A stretch of 64,000 bases of DNA from Candidatus Latescibacterota bacterium. Lineage in GTDB: Bacteria; Latescibacterota; UBA2968; UBA8231. The translations under genes were made by a program, and so were the position numbers. The notes below the pieces were generated by a model. The model was given only the letters and a program-made list of their open reading frames with translations, was not told the origin of the DNA and made no database searches. Below, in pieces: positions 61,745-64,000 of this stretch; positions within the stretch are counted from its first letter, which is position 1; every line of letters begins with the position of its first letter. The stretch lies in the NCBI GenBank assembly GCA_965197905.1, contig CBDAOB010000005.1, positions 352,001 through 416,000 on the forward strand. Reading direction: 5' to 3'.

Positions 61745-62632
61745 ATGACCCGTACGCCCAAACTGCTCGTCGACAACATCTACTTTCCCGAGGCACCTCG
61801 CTGGCGGGTTGGCGCCGACGGCGTCGGCAAATTGTGGTACTCGGACGTGCTCGTCGGCGAGGTGGTGGCAGTCGACCTGCACGGCAATATCGAGAAGATC
61901 GCCTCTGTGCCCGAACTGCCCTCCGGTCTGGGGTGGCGGCCGGACGGGACGCTGATCGTCGTGTCCCTTGGAGATGGCAAGCTGATGGCGGTGAGCGAGG
62001 ATGGTGGGCTCTGCGCGGCTGGTGACATGAAATCGCTGGACGGGCTCAACTGCAACGACATGGTCGTCGACGCCCAGGGGCGCGCCTACATTGGCTCGTT
62101 CCAGCTTTTCGACGAGATGCGCCATCCAGGGCCCGGGAACATGCCCGCGTTCAGCCATATCATCCGGGTCGATCCGGATGGCTCGGCACGTATCGTGGCG
62201 GATCGCATGACCTTTCCCAACGGGGCGGTCATTAGCCCCGACAGCAAGACCTACATGGTCGCCGAGACTTTCGCCAACCGGCTGAGCGCGTTCGACATCG
62301 AGGCGGACGGTTCCCTTACGAACCGGCGGGTGTGGGCTGATATCGGCGCTCCCCCGGACGGCATAACCCTGGACGTCGAAGGTTGCCTGTGGGTGGCGGT
62401 ACCGTACTACATCTACGGCGGACCCGGAGGTTCCGTGCGTGTGCGTGAGGGGGGCGAGATCGTCGACCGCATCGACATGGATGGCGTCTCCTCGTACGCA
62501 TGCACGCTAGGCGGGCGCGATATGACCACGCTGTTCCTGTGTCAGTCGACTCTGCTCGGTGCCGAGCGTCATCCCGGCGACGGTCGCATCATGACCGTCG
62601 AGGTCGACGTGCCGGGGACGGGGTCACCGTAG
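61745..62632 (+). CDS. SMP-30/gluconolactonase family
   Basis: FPEAPRW, NDMVVD, FPNG and PDGITLD motifs; start set at MTRTP. Confidence 0.9.
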   Translation: MTRTPKLLVDNIYFPEAPRWRVGADGVGKLWYSDVLVGEVVAVDLHGNIEKIASVPELPSGLGWRPDGTLIVVSLGDGKLMAVSEDGGLCAAGDMKSLDGLNCNDMVVDAQGRAYIGSFQLFDEMRHPGPGNMPAFSHIIRVDPDGSARIVADRMTFPNGAVISPDSKTYMVAETFANRLSAFDIEADGSLTNRRVWADIGAPPDGITLDVEGCLWVAVPYYIYGGPGGSVRVREGGEIVDRIDMDGVSSYACTLGGRDMTTLFLCQSTLLGAERHPGDGRIMTVEVDVPGTGSP

Positions 62633-62675
62633 CAGCCACACACCGATCCGTCGTATCATTCTGGAGGACTAAAAC

Positions 62676-63482
62676 ATGAAAATTCTGACCCGACTCATCG
62701 TCGCGACTTCGTTCGCGAATCTGCTCGTAGTCTGCCTTGCTACGACCGCCGACGGCGATACAAAGCCTACTAAGGTTCACGAAGCGGCGGCAAAGAAGCC
62801 TGACGAGGGCAAACAGACGCTCGACTCGACACCCTTCAACGCCGTCCTCACGAAACACCTGAAACAGGGACGCATCGATTACAATACACTTCACGCCGAT
62901 CAGGCAGCTAAGGCGCAACTGCAGGCCTACGCCGACGCCATCGCCCGAATGCCGGAGTCCGAACCGCTCTCGTCTTGGATCAACGCTTACAATGTCCTGG
63001 TCATCCACGCCGTCCTGGAGCGGTATCCGTTGAAGAGCGTTAAGGATGCGGAGGGGGGCGATTTCCGGTTTTTCCGAGAGATCCGTTACACCGTCGCCGG
63101 CAAGGAGCGTTCCCTCGATGACATCGAGAACGGGGTCATCCGTCCGCGCTTCGAGGACGCGCGCATCCACGTAGCGCTGAACTGCGGCGCTTTGTCTTGT
63201 CCACCTCTGGCGCCACAGGCGTTCGAAGCGTCCACCCTAGATGCTGAACTCGACCGACTTGCCACGGTGACGGTCAACGATGGCCACCATGTTTACCTGA
63301 AAGACGGCAAGCTCGTCGTCAACGAAATCTTCAAGTGGTTTGAGCCGGACTTTACCCGCGACGAGGGCTCCCTGCTGAAGTGGATCCAGGCCTACTCCGA
63401 CAATCCCGCAATTGACGGGTTGTCCCCCGAAGTCGTCGTCGAAGTATACCCGTACGACTGGGCCCTGTCGGCCGAACACTAG
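62676..63482 (+). CDS. DUF547 domain secreted protein
   Basis: WINAYN, DARIHVALNCGALSCP, IFKWF and YDW motifs; signal peptide. Confidence 0.9.
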   Translation: MKILTRLIVATSFANLLVVCLATTADGDTKPTKVHEAAAKKPDEGKQTLDSTPFNAVLTKHLKQGRIDYNTLHADQAAKAQLQAYADAIARMPESEPLSSWINAYNVLVIHAVLERYPLKSVKDAEGGDFRFFREIRYTVAGKERSLDDIENGVIRPRFEDARIHVALNCGALSCPPLAPQAFEASTLDAELDRLATVTVNDGHHVYLKDGKLVVNEIFKWFEPDFTRDEGSLLKWIQAYSDNPAIDGLSPEVVVEVYPYDWALSAEH

Positions 63483-63486
63483 AGGC

Positions 63487-64000
63487 ATGTCCAGACCCAA
63501 TGTGGTTATCGTCATCATGGACGATCTGGCATACGGCGATCTCGCCTGTCACGGGAATCCGTACACTAGGACGCCAAACTTGGACCGGCTCCACGGAGAA
63601 AGCACGCGTCTGACGCGATACCTTTCCGGCCCCGTTTGCACGCCCGCCCGGGCGGCTCTGTTTACTGGCCGGCATCCCTATAGGACGCGCGCTTTCGACA
63701 CCTATCTGGGCCGCTCGATGATCGATCCGGAGGAGGTGACTTTGGCCGAACTGCTACGTGATGGAGGGTACGCCACCGGTTTGTTCGGCAAGTGGCACCT
63801 GGGCGATTGTTATCCCAGCCGTCCGATCGACAAGGGTTTTGAGGAATGTCTCATGCACCGTGGCGGCGGTTTGTGCCAGCCGTCGGATGTGGGCCGTGGC
63901 AGCTATTTCGATCCCGACTTGATGCACAACGGACAACTGCAACGCTATTACGGCTATTGCACCGACATCTTCTTTGATGAAGCGCTCAAATTCATAGAGC
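63487..64000 (+). CDS. Arylsulfatase (partial, runs off the window end; absent from the ORF track)
   Basis: MSRPNVVIVIMDDLAYGD, TPNLD, CTPAR formylglycine motif, GKWHLG. Confidence 0.92.
   Translation, partial: MSRPNVVIVIMDDLAYGDLACHGNPYTRTPNLDRLHGESTRLTRYLSGPVCTPARAALFTGRHPYRTRAFDTYLGRSMIDPEEVTLAELLRDGGYATGLFGKWHLGDCYPSRPIDKGFEECLMHRGGGLCQPSDVGRGSYFDPDLMHNGQLQRYYGYCTDIFFDEALKFIE

Noticed and set aside
1..64000. Mobile elements, prophage, defence systems, tRNA or rRNA
   Set aside because: No transposase, integrase, phage, nuclease or structural-RNA signatures recognised

Overview
A GC-rich, gene-dense bacterial window dominated by carbohydrate and small-molecule catabolism: GH113-like, beta-propeller GH-like, GH172/DUF2961, four Gfo/Idh/MocA oxidoreductases, three PhyH-type dioxygenases, two lactonases, an enolase-family dehydratase, two HpcH aldolases and a sulfatase. 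It also holds a cobalamin-riboswitch-led salvage locus (TonB receptor, cobU, cobT, convergent cobS), a TonB receptor/YfiR/lipoprotein/histidine kinase/response regulator cassette, a MASE1-CHASE kinase and two large secreted proteins. The gene content resembles Latescibacterota/Poribacteria-like genomes; this is inference, as no marker gene is present. I found no rRNA, tRNA, CRISPR array or mobile element. At least six frameshifts and several deletion scars indicate assembly error and/or real gene erosion. The best candidates for undescribed systems are the YfiR cassette with an extra Trp-repeat lipoprotein, the divergent oxidative catabolic cluster at 41.5-51.8 kb, and a core MetE-like enzyme inside a catabolic operon. 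All family calls come from motif recognition by eye, not database searches.
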